DNA of 64,000 nt from positions 44,890,001-44,954,000 of the forward strand of contig NW_024704743.1 of assembly GCF_018977255.1 (NCBI RefSeq). The letters run 5' to 3'. Numbering within the stretch: the first letter of the stretch is position 1; every line of letters begins with the position of its first letter. Below, one piece after another: positions 12,271 to 25,730 of the stretch. Made by a program: the position numbers and the translations under genes. Under the pieces are notes generated by a model. That model did no database searches. It had not been told where the DNA came from and was given only the letters and a program-made list of their open reading frames with translations. This DNA is from Callorhinchus milii (lineage: Eukaryota).

Positions 12271-12559
12271 TTGATGTTGTTGACAGACCCTGCTGATTTT
12301 GTACACATTGATTTTCATCATTCCCTACTTCTCCCAATGTCACGCAAAAATGTGGACATCTTTGACATGATGCCAATCTCCAAGCCATTCATAAACAATG
12401 GTGGTCACATTACTAATTTCTCTGGCACATTAATACCAGCCAAATACCTCCCCATACACCCTCTTGGTTGCTTTCTACAAATGAAAAATTTGTTAATCCA
12501 AGTTAATGTGTCGGCATCTATCCCATGGGTGTTAACCTTATGCAGTCAGCTATTTGTGT

Positions 12560-12978
12560 GTCAGCCTGGCTCAGTTAGTGACACCCTTACCTCTGAATCA
12601 GAAGATCGTGGGTACAAGCCCCACAGTGCAACTTGGAACTCGTATGATCTAAGATGACACTCCAATGCAGTTCTGGGGCATCCGTCCTTTGGCTGAGACG
12701 TTGAACCAAGGTCCCGTCTGCATGTTAAAGACCCCAAGGTACTATTAGTACTATTGGTACTATTGGACAAAAAGGGTGTTTCTCCCTGTATCCTTGCTAA
12801 CAATTCTTCATATAAAATTGGTCATTCACTTCATGGCTATTTGTGGGACACTGCTGTGCCAAATTGGTTGCCGAGTTTGCATACAAGGCACACAGTCATT
12901 CTACTTTACGAGTACAGTGAAATGCTTTAAGACTTCCTCCCAGTGTCAAAGGCACTATATCAAATGTAAGGATTATTT
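12560..12978 (+). mobile_element. Old DeuSINE-like SINE, near full length
   Basis: CAGCCTGGCTCAGTTAG head, CCGTCCTTTGGCTGAGACGTTGAACCAAGGTCCCGTCTG and TTTGTGGGACACTGCTGTGCCAAATTGGTTGCCG (Deu-domain-like), shared L2-type tail. Confidence 0.75.
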
Positions 12979-13825
12979 TGCGGGGTGGGTTTTAAAATGC
13001 TAATTTGAAACCACTGGTGCTCTGGGCCTTGCAGCTGAGGTAGTCATTTTAATAGGATATCGATTTGAACCACTGGGGCAGGATTGCAGATCAGACAAAT
13101 CAATTTGGCGTGCTCCACTCAGTGAACCACCCAAGAACTTCTGACAGAGTGTTGTGAATGTTATTGTAGAACTAATACTGGTTAGTGGCGATCTGTGCTG
13201 TACTTATTTGTATGTTCCTTAACGAGAGGTGTTTGGAGCTGGCAATAAAATCCTGTTTCTCATTCTAAATCATTCTCATGCTAGAGCAACAGTGCATCGC
13301 TTCCACCATAAGATACTCATTGATACTTTATTCTTTCATGGAAAAAGGGAGAAGGGAGAGGGTTAGAATCCCGTGGCTGCCAAATGGTGCAGTGATTCAT
13401 GCAAACTTAGGTGTAGTTCTTAGGAGGAGAAGAAAACATGCATTCCTTGCAAAGCGGAGAGGTCAAGTTAATTTTAACTTCAGCTTCAGGGTCCTGTGAA
13501 GGTGAATTTCAAAATTGTTTGCAAGCCAAAATCACGACGTATTTCATTGTACCTAAAGTACTGGTTGGAGAGAGCTGTCACCTATATTGTGGAACAGAGG
13601 TAAAAGCTGCTGTCATTTTTACTTTATTTACAACCTTTGAATCTGACTTCATCACTGCCACCGAGCCCTCCATTAAATTACTCCAGTCCCAGACAGTAGC
13701 TAGAAGCCTATCACAATCACCCTCAGATATAACAAGAAATGTTGATTTGTTTAATTGATCCATTTTTGAATGATTAGTACCATTTTCCAAGTTGTTTTTT
13801 AAAAGGACAAGCTTAATAAATTCAA

Positions 13826-14063
13826 AGGGAAATGAAGTTCACGTAGCTCCAGATTTATTCTATTTATTTAGACTTTTGGAATATCCAGAATTTGGTAATA
13901 TGTTAAATTTAATTTTGAATTTGAAGCCAGTTGTCCACATTTCTTAAAAAAGTACTTACAGAAAACTGGCTTCAAATTAAAATTGTATTTAAGAATTTGC
14001 CAAAATTTGAGTCTCTGGAATACAGCACAAAATAAATCTAGACTCAGATTGAATTTCTCCCTG
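13826..14063. mobile_element. Palindromic MITE-like element
   Basis: Perfect 15-bp inner inverted repeat 13918-13932 / 13964-13978; terminus AAATCTAGACTCAGATTGAATTTCTCCCT shared with the 30014 and 44813 ends. Confidence 0.7.
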
Positions 14064-14127
14064 AAGTGTCCAAATTGCACCAAATATGATTTTAGGGAAA
14101 TTAACAAACCTGTAATTTGGTTCATTG

Positions 14128-14290
14128 TTGTCAGGAAGCATTTCTTCACACTGAGGGTTATGAAGATGTGGAATGATGTATCCCAGAAAGCTGTACAGGC
14201 AGAATTATTATGCATGTTCAATAAAGATACAGACAGGTACAAGTTAATAGAGTATAAAGGAGCATAGCCAAAGGGAGGACATTGGGATAA
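14128..14290 (+). mobile_element. CR1 LINE ORF2 C-terminal remnant
   Basis: RKHFFTLRVMKMWNDVSQKAVQA resembles CR1 RxxFFTQRVVxxWNxLP. Confidence 0.6.
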
Positions 14291-14341
14291 AAATATTTGA
14301 CATGATCAAATCCCACTGGCTGACTAAATCCGTTTGTTATA

Positions 14342-14930
14342 TGAGACTTGATTACGTGAACTCCCTCCTCATCGGCCTTCCCAACTCTTCCCTTCACAAG
14401 CTGCAGATCATCCAAAACTCTGCAGCTCGTGTACTCTCACGCACCAGGCTCCGTGACCCCATCACTCCCACCCTTGCCCGACTCCACTGGCTCCCCATCC
14501 CCCAGAGGATTGAGTTCAAGATCCTCATCCTCACCTTTAAGGCCATCCATGGCCTTGCCCCATCCTACCTCTCTGGCCTGCTGACTCCCTACCAACCTGC
14601 CCGCTCCCTCCGTTCATCGGACTCCATGTCTCCCGCCCGACCCGCCCTACCATCGGTGGCCGGGCTTTCAGCTTCTCTGCCCCCACACTCTGGAACTCCA
14701 ACCTACGGTCCCTTCACCTCACTTCCTCCCTTGCCTCCTTCAAGGTCGGTCTCAAAACCTTTCTCTTCAACCGTGCCTTTGGTCTTCCTCCAACCTCTTC
14801 GCCTTCCCTCATCCCTACACCACCCCTTCCCCATGCTTGGGCCCCGACACCTGACTGTTCAGCGCTTTGGGACGTCCTCCTGACGTGAAAGGCGCTCTAT
14901 AAATGTAATTTTGTGGTGGTTGTTGTTGTT
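14342..14930 (+). mobile_element. L2 LINE, 5'-truncated, well preserved
   Basis: RLDYVNSLLIGLPNSSLHKLQIIQNSAARVLSRTRLRDPITPTLARLHWLPIPQRIEFKILILTFKAIHGLAPSYL; stem-loop and (TTG)n tail. Confidence 0.93.
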
Positions 14931-16899
14931 AAGTGGACCTTAATGTATGTAAGGGGAACTAATAATGCAGCTAATTTTCTGTATTTGAAATGGAACCTGT
15001 TTGCTTATATTAATCTGCATCTTTCACAATGAATCATTAAGAACCATGAACTACTTTCACCAGGGATGCAACAATGAAATTGCACTTCCAGAGCAGAAAT
15101 TGCACACAGCAACTTTATTTGTTTGGTTTGTTTTTTCCAGGAGATGTAATCATTGTCAAGCCTGTTGTACCAACACGATTATTTTTTTCTAGTAATTTTA
15201 AATAAATTAATTTAAATGAGCCAGTACAGTTAAAGCACAAGACAGCAAAATATTTCTGGAGTAGCAGATCCAAGACGCTGTAGCGATCCCTTGGACTAAA
15301 ATACCTGAGATATATTACACACTCATTGGATCAGTGAAGGAATATTGGATATTCTGTAACTTAGAATCATAGAAAATTACAACAACGAGGGAGGGCACTG
15401 TATCTGTGCTGGCACTTTGAAAGAGCAATCCTTTCAACAGCAACAATTTGCTTTAATGAAGTGTCTTTCACGTCAAGCGGACATCCCAAGGCACTAGACA
15501 ATCGAAGGCTTGCATCCAAGGTTTTTTTTGTTTCATTTATTTCTTTCCCCTGTAGTTTATTCTTTATCGTTTTCCATTTTGAAAGCTAATACGGATTCTG
15601 CCTCAACCATCGCTCCCGGCTCTCTGGCCGTTGCCACAAATAGAGATTGGCATTAAAGCTCCCTTCAGGGATTCAGGCATTTGCATCAGGTCAATCCGCC
15701 AGTAAAGGAGCCTTGAACCAGAAAGTGTTGTCTGGGTTTTATTCTGTCCAGACTTTCAGCTCTGACATACACTGAATGTTTCATTTAACTTTAATTGCAG
15801 AGGATCATCTCTTGTGCTTCTTTGAAAGATCAAACGTGTAAAAGATCATCCTTGTTTAAATTTGGAGTTTCCACGCTTGTTCTGTTTTTTTCTTTTGAAA
15901 AACAACATGATTTTTCTAAACTATTTTTATAAATTATATTTACATGCTTTTAATTATGTCCCACAATGTAACTTTCCCCCTTGGGTGTGATTAAGGACCT
16001 TACTGGAATAACTAAGAGGAGCTGCTTGATGCACAGTGTGAGGGAGTTAATCATCATCCATACAACAATAACAAATGCATTTTATATAGTGGCTTTCGTC
16101 CCAAAGTGCTTACATAATCCTTACTCACCCAGGAGGCTCAGCAATCATGCCTTTTTGACTATGTTGATATAGAGCTCTCACACTTCAGGACTCAGTGACT
16201 CCTCCCACGTTTTTCTGCAGCTCCTGCAATAATGCTATCAGCACTCACTGTTGTAAAGAAAAACACTCGTGATTCCAAAATCGAGAGAAAATAAATATCT
16301 TCTCTCTGTGATTAAAGAAAGAAAAGTCTGGAAGCCTCCTACAAAGAGAAAACCAAACCACAAGTATGTGTTTCTATTGCTGTGGAGTACTTTGAGCTGA
16401 AAGCCTTCCCTCCTAGCAATTGAATAAAAGTTGTTTTAAAAGTATCTTTCTTCTCATAACCAGGAATTATTGCTTCCCTTCATTAACTGGGAGCTGGCTT
16501 GTACACCAGAGAGTCACTGCAGTAGCACTATTTACAAGCCATTGATGCTGGATATATTTAATATCGACTCCATTTAATTTGATAAGGGACTGGGATAGAA
16601 ACCCACCAGAACACTGTGGCCCCTGGAAAACATACTATATCAGGAAACATAGAGCACACACAAGTACAATATTATGCTTTTATGGCTTCATGCAACCACA
16701 TATTACATATTACGCTACAATACAAATTTATATTCATTTACTGCCTTTCACATCAGGAGGACGTACCAAGGTGCTGGACAGTCTAAGATTAAATTGACAC
16801 CGAGACCTCTCCATAGTGCCTGTGCGTGTTAAACTGGAGCAAATTATTCTTAAGATAAATGCTCTTAAGATAATTAACATGGTCAACCAATCTCTCTAC

Positions 16900-17600
16900 T
16901 CAGGCTCTGTTCCACTCCTCCTGAAAACTGCTGTTATCGCACCCCTCCTCTAAAAACACAGCCTGGATCCCTCTAATCTCTCACACTACCATCCCTGTGG
17001 AGTCCTGTAGCTCAGTGGTTAGAGCACTCGCTTTGAAAGCGAGAGACCTGAGTTCAATTCAGGCAGGGCGAAACCTTGGGCAAGTTTCCTTACTCCACAC
17101 AGAGCCTAATAATAATCCCTCCAAAACCAAAAACAATAATAAATTGGTCATTTTCAATCTCCGACTGTTTGTGGGACATTGCTGTGCTCAATTGGCTGCC
17201 GCGTTCGCCCACAAATATACAGTCAATTCACTTTACAGTATATTCTGTGAAGCGCTTTGGGACGTCTAGAAGACGTGAAAAGCGCTATATCAAATGCAAG
17301 GATTATTATTATCCCATTTCCAACCTACCCTTCCTTGCTAAAGTCCTGGAACACATTGCTGCAGGTCAATTTTGGTCACACCTCTCCCTCCAATCGTTCC
17401 TCTGAGCCCAACAGCCTGTTTTTTTGCCCTGCCCACAGGACAGAGACAGCGCTTGTCAAAGTTACAAACAACACCCTCTTTATCTGTGACCAGGGCTCCC
17501 TCTGCCTCCTTGTCCTCCAAATCTTTGCCTCCTCCAGTACCAACTCCAGATCCACCGATATTCTATCAGCTTGTCTGGCAGACATCAGGGCCTAGATGAG
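16900..17600 (+). mobile_element. L2 LINE internal RT fragment interrupted by a SINE
   Basis: LKTAVIAPLL.KHSLDPSNLSHYH|PISNLPFLAKVLE (NYRPIS motif)...HRTETALVKVTN. Confidence 0.85.
16996..17312 (+). mobile_element. tRNA-derived SINE, short form, with ATCCC target-site duplication
   Basis: Near-identical to the 10581 copy; ATCCC at 16991-16995 and 17311-17315. Confidence 0.93.
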
Positions 17601-17699
17601 TGTCTATAGTCATAGATCCAGAATGGGTTTATCTGCTGATTGACTTTTCCTAAATGTGTTGTTGACAATAATTGTAGTATTGTTTCCCTAAATAATAAT

Positions 17700-17953
17700 A
17701 ATAATATAATAATCCTTGCATTTGATATAGCGCTTTTCACGTCTTCTCAACGTCTCAAAGCGCTTCAAAGAATACGCTGTAAAGTGAATTGACCGTATAT
17801 TTGTGGGCGAAACGCAGCAGCCAATTGCGCACAGCAGTATCCCACAAACAGTCGTGGATTGAAAATGACCAATTTATTATTGTTTTGTTTTTTGGAGGGA
17901 TTATTATGAGGCATGTGGAGTAAGGAAACTTGTCCAAGGTTTCATCCTGCCTG
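17700..17953 (-). mobile_element. tRNA-derived SINE, 5'-truncated
   Basis: Reverse complement of SINE body and tail. Confidence 0.88.
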
Positions 17954-18574
17954 GCATGGCATGCTTAGAAGCAGCTGAAATGTTACTTCCAAGTTGATCT
18001 TGTTTTTTTGTGTGTTGATGATTGTTTCGTTCATTCTAAACTGAATGTGAGCTTGTTACATTATGTTCAGTGTTGAAAATTTCACATTAGTGGAGCAAAA
18101 CTTGTGAGCAGAGAACTGTGGATTCCAGAGGATCACAGCATCTGGAAATTGTATTTCCTCATTAAAANGTTCATTCGGTGTCCCTGTCTCCAAAACTTCA
18201 AGCAACCGATTGATTTTCACAGAGAGTTGGAGTTAAATTGGAGTTTCTGCTCAGTATCCGTCATTAAAATGAAAAGGGTCCTGGTTGGTGCAATAAATTG
18301 CATTGCAAAAACACCTCACTTATAGACAGTCAATATAGTTACAATGGGGTCTGATGTGTATTACTTCTACTTGAATCTGCTTAATAACTGAAACTGTAGA
18401 GCATGTGGAACAAACTACCAGCACAGGTGCTGGAACAGGAAATTGCAAAAGATATCAGAAAGAACTAGAAAAGTTTCTGACTGCTTCAAGTTTTTAGGGA
18501 TTGACACATCAAAGGAATCTTGTGGGAAATAGAAATGGGAGGTTAAGTGGATCAATTTGCTCCTTGATATACAC

Positions 18575-19085
18575 AAAATTCAATTAATTAAAAACTCTGC
18601 TGCCCAGATATTCACCTGCACAAAACTCCGTACCCCCATCACACCAGTCCTTGACATGCTCCACTGGTTCCCAATTACCAAACAGATCCATTTCAAGATC
18701 CTCTCACTTATTTTCAAATCCCTTCATGCTCTCGCACCTCCCTACCTATCTGATCTGCTTAACCCCCACTCCCCCACCCACTGCCTCCGCTAGGCTGGCT
18801 CCAGCCTCCTGTTTGTCCCTCGTCCACTCTGCTCCGACAATGGTGGCCGTGCCTTCAGCCATTACGCCCCGAATCTCTGGCACCCTCTTCCCTCAATCCC
18901 TCTATTGTGCCCCCTCCATCCCCACCTTCAAATCCTGCCTAAAGATCTTCCTTTTTGATCATGTTTACGGTCACCTTCCCTCCTCCCTCTCCCCCTGGCT
19001 GAGTGTCAGACTCCGCCACCGTCAAGCACTCCGGGACACTACCCTGCGTGAAGGATGCTATATAAATGCCAAGTTATTGTTGTTG
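18575..19085 (+). mobile_element. Older L2 LINE 3' fragment
   Basis: IQLIKNSAAQIFTCTKLRTPITPVLDMLHWFPITKQIHFKIL; tail GCTATATAAATGCCAAGTTATTGTTGTTG. Confidence 0.85.
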
Positions 19086-21737
19086 ATATGGATGAGAGAG
19101 AGGTGAGAGGGAACTGAAAGGCAATAAAACCTCAAACTCTCCTTTGTGGACATTTATTTTAGATCAGGTTAGGACAGTTTTAGTAGAAAGCCATAGGATT
19201 TTATTTAGGGTTAGAGTTGGTTATGATATCTGAATGCTCAGTAAGTCTGAAGCACAGTGATGGGTCTTTGTGTGTGTCAGATAGTAAACGGTTTGGAAAG
19301 GTCCATTACTAGAGAGGGTTGGATGAAAATAGTGCTTTGCTTGATTTGATCTAATTCTCCAAGTACTGTCTGGCTTGGGATGCAGGTCTTCACAAAGTAA
19401 AACACACAAATGTCTGTGTAAGAGAGTGAGATGATCAACCTGAACAACATAATCAAGGAAACTGTTGACTCAGTTTAGAAGGTCAGCTATGCGGTTTGGC
19501 ATAATCTTTAGACGTACTATTATTATCAATAATAATAGTTATTGTTATTATTATCAAAAATAATAGTACTTATATTTGGTATAGCACCTTTCACATCAGG
19601 ATGGCTTCCCCAAGCGCTTCTCATGGTATTCTATAAAGTGTAGTGACTTTATATTTTGCAGGTGAACGCAGCAGCCAATTTACACACAGCAATCTTATGT
19701 ATAATGTTGAGGAACAATGTGGTAAATTTCAGCAGGTGTCTGACCAGGTACCACCAGTATCTGGTAATCTGTTCAAGGAGCTGGTTGTCATATTAGTTGT
19801 GAAACTGTTCTCCTCACACAACCCAAAATAGCTAACAGCTTTGAAAACAACACTAACAGTTTACTTTTTCCTAAGGGCCTTTCATGTAGGAAAGACATCT
19901 CCATGTCCTCCTATTGCAGCACTAAGCTGCTTTTCAAATTGTTCAGTGTTCTTGCCTTAACCACCCTTCCTCGTAACTGTTCCAGTTGTTAAGTACTCTG
20001 TGTAAAAGAATCAAGACTTGGTTTACAGCAAAGTCATTCATTCAATCTCAGACTAAGAGATTTACACCTGAATTCACAAATACTTAACTCTTCTGCTTGA
20101 TAATGCACTGGATTTTCTATTCTCTGAGTTGCCTCATTTCATTGTTGCAATCATGTTAGGTCAGTGCAGCTCCCTCCAAAGGCAGAGTGACAGCAGAGCT
20201 TCACAAGCAGAAAAGTGCCACAGGAGATCTATGCATAAGTTATATCAGTAGCTTTTAAACGACAGAGAAACATGGATCTAGGGACATTACAACTTGGTTT
20301 TATAATAGAAAATGCAATCAACTAAATTATGAAAGCTGGAAAGAGCTATGTTAGAAATGGACCTAAGTATGTCTTGAGCATTCTTTTATTGATGTTGCCT
20401 TGCTAATATGTCCACGCACTGATAATTTGTTAGCGCTCCTGGCAGTCTGCCAAAGAGTGATGACTGGATGCTTCCCAGACAGTTAAAATTTATGGTCTCC
20501 TCCGACTTCTGATTTGAAATTTTGCTTAAATCAAGACCGCTCAGCTATGAAAAATTGACAGAGCCAGGGAAGGGAATTGCAAAGCAAGGCCAAAGCAAAT
20601 GCTAAGAAGTTTCCATTTTTCATGACTGGTTGTCCTATGAAAAAATCATATCTTATCTAAAGGAAACTGTAAATGCATGTGAGGATCAAAGTCTTGGGAG
20701 ACATGTAATTACATTTTTTGGCCCACCAGGACACATTTGTATGACTCCATCTAAAGTATTAGTTGACGTGACCATTAATATACTTTTTTTTAAATGGACA
20801 ACAGAGACTTAAGACTTCTGGGATTTGTAGTGCAATATACAGTATACCTATCATTGGCTAGTTTATCAATTACTTTTTTTGCTCTTTTAAGTTTTTACTT
20901 AAGGCAGAAATTGATTTGCTCAATTTCTGACCAGCAGTAAAATATGAAGGGAAATAATGCATCTAATGCAATTTTGAAGTGAATAACTTTTGTCCTGGAA
21001 TTTGAAGGACAATATCACTATTGCATTACACTCCTAAGACATATGACATGTGCCAAAAAAACTAAATATGTTGCCTTTATGGAAATAGCAGTTAAAAATA
21101 TATATACCATAACTGTATATTTGTGTCCTCAAGGGAAAAGAATACAGTTGAAAATCTTTATTTCCAGCATTTGAAGGTGCTTCACTAAGATATCCATTAA
21201 CTGCTGTTAAGACACTGCAGATGCACAGAGCTGCTTCCTTTTTCCTTGTATTGTGTATTTATTGCTGTATATGAACCAATCGGATGGGTTGGACAATTAG
21301 TGGATATCCTTTGCTGGCTTATAAATACTTGAAAGGATGTTTTCTGTATGATCATTTCTTTTACACAAGGTTCTGAATTCTTTAAGCAGCCAATTATAAG
21401 CTTTAAAAATACTACTGTATTTATTTGGCTCCTGGGGTTATAACAGGGACTCCGTAAACTTTGCACAGTAATGAACAGTGTAAGATAAATGGTATGACTT
21501 GTCTTTTACTATTTTTTGTCTAATGGCCAGCCTGCTGCCAGAGTTAGTTTTTGTTGTATATATTTTAGTCGAATGATCCTCTGGCCTTCACGGGTTTTCT
21601 GCCTGACTGAGTTCCAGTACAGGGCGGATGGGTAGAATGCACACTGGTTGAGCATGGGTTTGCTTAATGCACAGATCTACTGTAGATGTATCTATCAACA
21701 TTGGATACCTATACTGTACACCTGGCTCCTAGCACTT

Positions 21738-21948
21738 AATTCCACATGCCTGATAATAATCCCTTAAGAAAAAAAACAATACTAGATTGGTAATTTCATT
21801 GCATGACTGTTTGTGGGACATTGGCTGCCGCATTTCGCCCACAAATGTGCAGTCAATTCCCTTTACAGTATATTCTGTGAAGCGCTTTGCGATGTCTAGA
21901 AGATGTGAAAAGCGCTATATCAAATGCAAGGATTATTATTATTATTAT
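21738..21948 (+). mobile_element. tRNA-derived SINE, 5'-truncated
   Basis: TCCACATGCCTGATAATAATCCC...CAAATGCAAGGATTATTATT. Confidence 0.85.
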
Positions 21949-21950
21949 AA

Positions 21951-22098
21951 TTTCTAGGTTGTCATTTTCACCGCTGATGTAATTTCCTGCATGTTGTGCC
22001 CACGTGTGCTATGCACAGGAAGTGATGTCAGTAGTGCTTCTTGCACGTAGCGCACAACCTGCAGGAAGTGACGTGAGCGACAACTTGATGACCTGAAA
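21951..22098. repeat. Imperfect palindrome built from CAGGAAGTGA(C/T)GT units
   Basis: CGCTGATGTAATTTCCTGCATGTTGTGC pairs with GCACAACCTGCAGGAAGTGACGTGAGCG; TTTC...GAAA ends. Confidence 0.6.
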
Positions 22099-24139
22099 CT
22101 CAGCCGTCAAAAAGTTCTAACCAGATACCTTAATTAAAGAATGCAAATGAGGATATCTTCTACTAACTGGACATGCATCAAATTGACGTGTGGAGCTTCA
22201 CTATGAAAGTGTTGTGCTGACGCAGAGTTCCTATGTGTTTCCATAATGTACTTCCATTTTACAAAAGCAAACCTGTCACAGACCCCATTAGATCACGTTT
22301 TGCCCTGTACATATATTTACACAATAAAGCTGTGTGTGCCAGAGGAAAATAACTCGCCATATAAATGTAAAATGATTTGTAATTTATATCATATCCACAT
22401 ATTTGTCTTCTGAGAGCAATGTTGGAATTGCTGTTTTGTACTGCTGAAAAAAAAGCATCACAAATGGTCATTTTTCCATTTGGGTTTAGAGCATAATCTC
22501 TTTAGAAAGGGTGGGAGCAATGAAAATTAAGGGCCAGCTCAGACTTATGTGGCTTCCAGAATAATGTCATATTTCTCTGCCTGTAATAAGGGCGCGGCCC
22601 CATTAGCGGAACCAGAGTCCAGACTTTGGTGATGTAGTCCCTGCAATACAGCGCAATTCATTTTCTTGACTCACTGCCTTTCCCAGAAGTTTCACATTCA
22701 TTGGTCAAGAAAGAAACCAACCAAACAAACAAAGAAATTGATTCCAAACTTGTGCATGGTGGGTGGCCAATCCTCCCTTGCACTGCAGACCACGACACTG
22801 CTCTAAGCAAGTAATCATAGTGAGATAGTGAAAGGCATGTTCTCGGGAATCTACATATTAAAGTAACAGAATTAGATAGTTTCTTGGCAAACAAATCAGT
22901 TGAGCGGAATAAGAGAGAGGGAGAAAGAGTATAAGATTATTTTTACGTGACTGATCAGCTGGACTGCAGTGGTCTTTTTCGCTCTTGTGTGTTTCTGTGT
23001 TCTTACGTCTACGTGGACAATGCTAAATTATATCAAATAGAAACTTTTTTTTCATCCAACACCAACATTTGAACTTGGTGCCAAACTAGTGATATACATA
23101 ATTCCAGGTAGACATTAGGTCCATAAACTCAAAGGAAAACGGATGATTCAGTGTAATATAAGTAAACAGTTTAAAAAGTATTTGTTATATTTACTGCTGG
23201 ATGACAGCTGTATAAACACTGACATCCCCGGCTCTTAAGATCATGACTAAAGACTTACTCTTGATTTCAGTTTTGATATTGGATCTCAGTTGCTCCAGTG
23301 CTGTTGTCAACAGATGCATGTTCCTCCGGCTAGCCTCCAGGGAGGAAATACAGGCATTGAGATTTGATTAATATTTAGGGCATATGTTCTCTGTGCTGAA
23401 AGACACAAAGAATGCAATCTCTGGGGAGCTTTCTTTGGAGCCTTTGAGCACAGATCTGCTTGTGTGAACTGCAGCCTGAGTTGAAAGACGACAATGTTGA
23501 CGTCTACTGTTATCAAGTTTCTTTATTTCCATCCACTGTGCTGATCTTACTTGACTTTCACCATCTGACTATGAGACATGATCATTTTCCATTCCATCAT
23601 GAAGGAACTCAACCCTCTACGGTCTTAATTATTTCCACTTGTTTTATACAATGCCCACTTGCTGCTCTAAGACATGTAGAGGGACACGTGTGGCAGATTT
23701 ATAATGGGAACATTTATCTACATAGAGGGAAGTATTAAACTCTATGTCAGATGCACTTTATAGCACAGAAACAAATTGCACAAAATGACTCCATTTACTC
23801 AGGTCTCACTCTGTCATTGGTGATTTAATTACTGAGCTCTAATTCATCACAATTGGGTTTAATAAACTGGAAAATGTGTGTGCAGCAGTCATGCAGGAAT
23901 ACCACTGTAAACTCATCCTGTTATAAATGATGCCATTACTGCAAACAGTACTATTTCTGGCATGAACTTTGAAGTGAACCACCAGTCATTTTGGAAAAAC
24001 ATAGAACACAAAGATCCTATAGGCCCGTGTAGACCTCCCATGAGATGCACTGGGAAAAGTAGCCAACTGCTCTGCAACCTCTAGAGATGACATAAAGCAG
24101 GAGTGATTTAGTATAGCTTGCATTCAGTTCATTAGATGA

Positions 24140-24450
24140 TGTGAGTGCTGTATTGTCAGAGGTGGTAATTTTTGGTTGAGCTACTAAATCAAGGTTCTCC
24201 CAGCCTGTTCAGATGGACTTTAAAGACTCCATGATACTGTTCAAAATGAGAAAGGAGTTTCTTTAGGTATCCTGGCCAACAATCCTTCAGATCAGTTTGT
24301 TTGGTCATTCAGTTCATGGCTGTTTGTGGGACTTTTCTGTGTGCAAATTGACTGCAGCCGTTGCCTATTTTTACAGTTAGTGCACCTGACAATAATTACC
24401 TGTGAAACATTTTGAAATGTTGTGACATGTCAGAACACTATAAAAATACA
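24140..24450 (+). mobile_element. Old DeuSINE-like SINE fragment
   Basis: CATGGCTGTTTGTGGGACTTTTCTGTGTGCAAATTGACTGC core. Confidence 0.6.
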
Positions 24451-25344
24451 AATTCTTTCTCAATGGATACCTTCAGCTCAAGGTATGAAGATTACAATGT
24501 TTATGTACTGTGGTAAGATGCAAAGATCAGGAGTTCTTGTAACCAAAAAACAAATATTGTACTCTACTGCTAAAGGACTGTACAATACTTTGCCTGGAAT
24601 AGATACACATGGCTTCAGCTCTCCAGTTATGATGAGATGGTGATTGATATAGAGAAATTTGTTTTAATTTCACATCTTTTTTATTTTAGAGGTTAATATT
24701 AACCTTTTCTTGCTCCGCCCTCCCACAATGTGGGGATGAAATGTTCCAGTGCACCTCTATGGTCAAAAGAGAAGTTAGGTTATGACGAGGCTGACCCTTT
24801 GGCCAATTTTATTTCATCCCTACAGAATACCCACCCCACCCATCCATCCATTAGAATATCAAGCTATTTGAGTCCAGTGTAATGGCTTCAACCACCCTCG
24901 CTGGTAAACTGTTCAAATAATTAATTACCCTCTGTGTTAAATTTACCCTCTATGTAAACATTTTGCCCACAAAATATATACCACTTCACAGTCGATCTTG
25001 TGAAGCATTTTGAGACAATTCAGCGATGTGATAAGACGTTATATAACCTGCAGGAATTAGTATTATTATTGTTAAATTAACCTCAGTTTAAGAATACACT
25101 GACTTTTATGAGTCACTGATCGTAGGCTGAATGGAGGTTGTGTAGGAGGAAGCCTCATTTTTCAACTGTTCTTGAATATCTTGTGGCAGCTGATATGTAT
25201 AAAATAGATATTCTCATTAAAGAAAATAACAGAAAAATAAGCAGTGTCACTTTTAATAAGCATTTGGATAAACTGTATAATAACAACTAATAACATTCTG
25301 ATATCAGTAGGATATTTTTATCCAATTTTCATCTTTCCTTTTCC

Positions 25345-25605
25345 TTAAGGCTGAGCATCCCAACCCCTCCACACCTCTATAATTGGTCATGCCTTCAGCC
25401 ATTAACCCCTAATCTCTGAAACTCCCTGCCTCAATCCCTCTGCATCGTCCCCTCTTTATTTCTAAATTTCCACTGAAGATCTACCTGTTCACCCATACCT
25501 TTGGTGACATACTTCTCCCCCTTCTCCCTTGCTAGGCATCCAATCCCATCACTGGGCAGTGCTCCAAGTTGCTATCCTGTGTGAAGGGTGCAAGTTGTTG
25601 TTCTT
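25345..25605 (+). mobile_element. Older L2 LINE 3' fragment
   Basis: GCCTTCAGCCATT...CTCTGAAACTCCCTGCCTCAATCCCT similar to 18850-18900; CAAGTTGTTG tail. Confidence 0.65.
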
Positions 25606-25730
25606 GTTTGGAGGAGGAAATAATACTGAAATTTAAAATGCAGTATTTCAATAACACATTCAGAATGTTTGTTCGCTTGCTTTTATACCTCGTTTCTGAC
25701 TCCTTTTATAAATGTCTTTTTTCTTTGCAG

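Noticed and set aside
14302..14883. 193-aa ORF (and ORFs at 4845-5513, 4969-5535, 59307-59723) as host genes
   Set aside because: Frames or antisense frames of truncated L2 ORF2.
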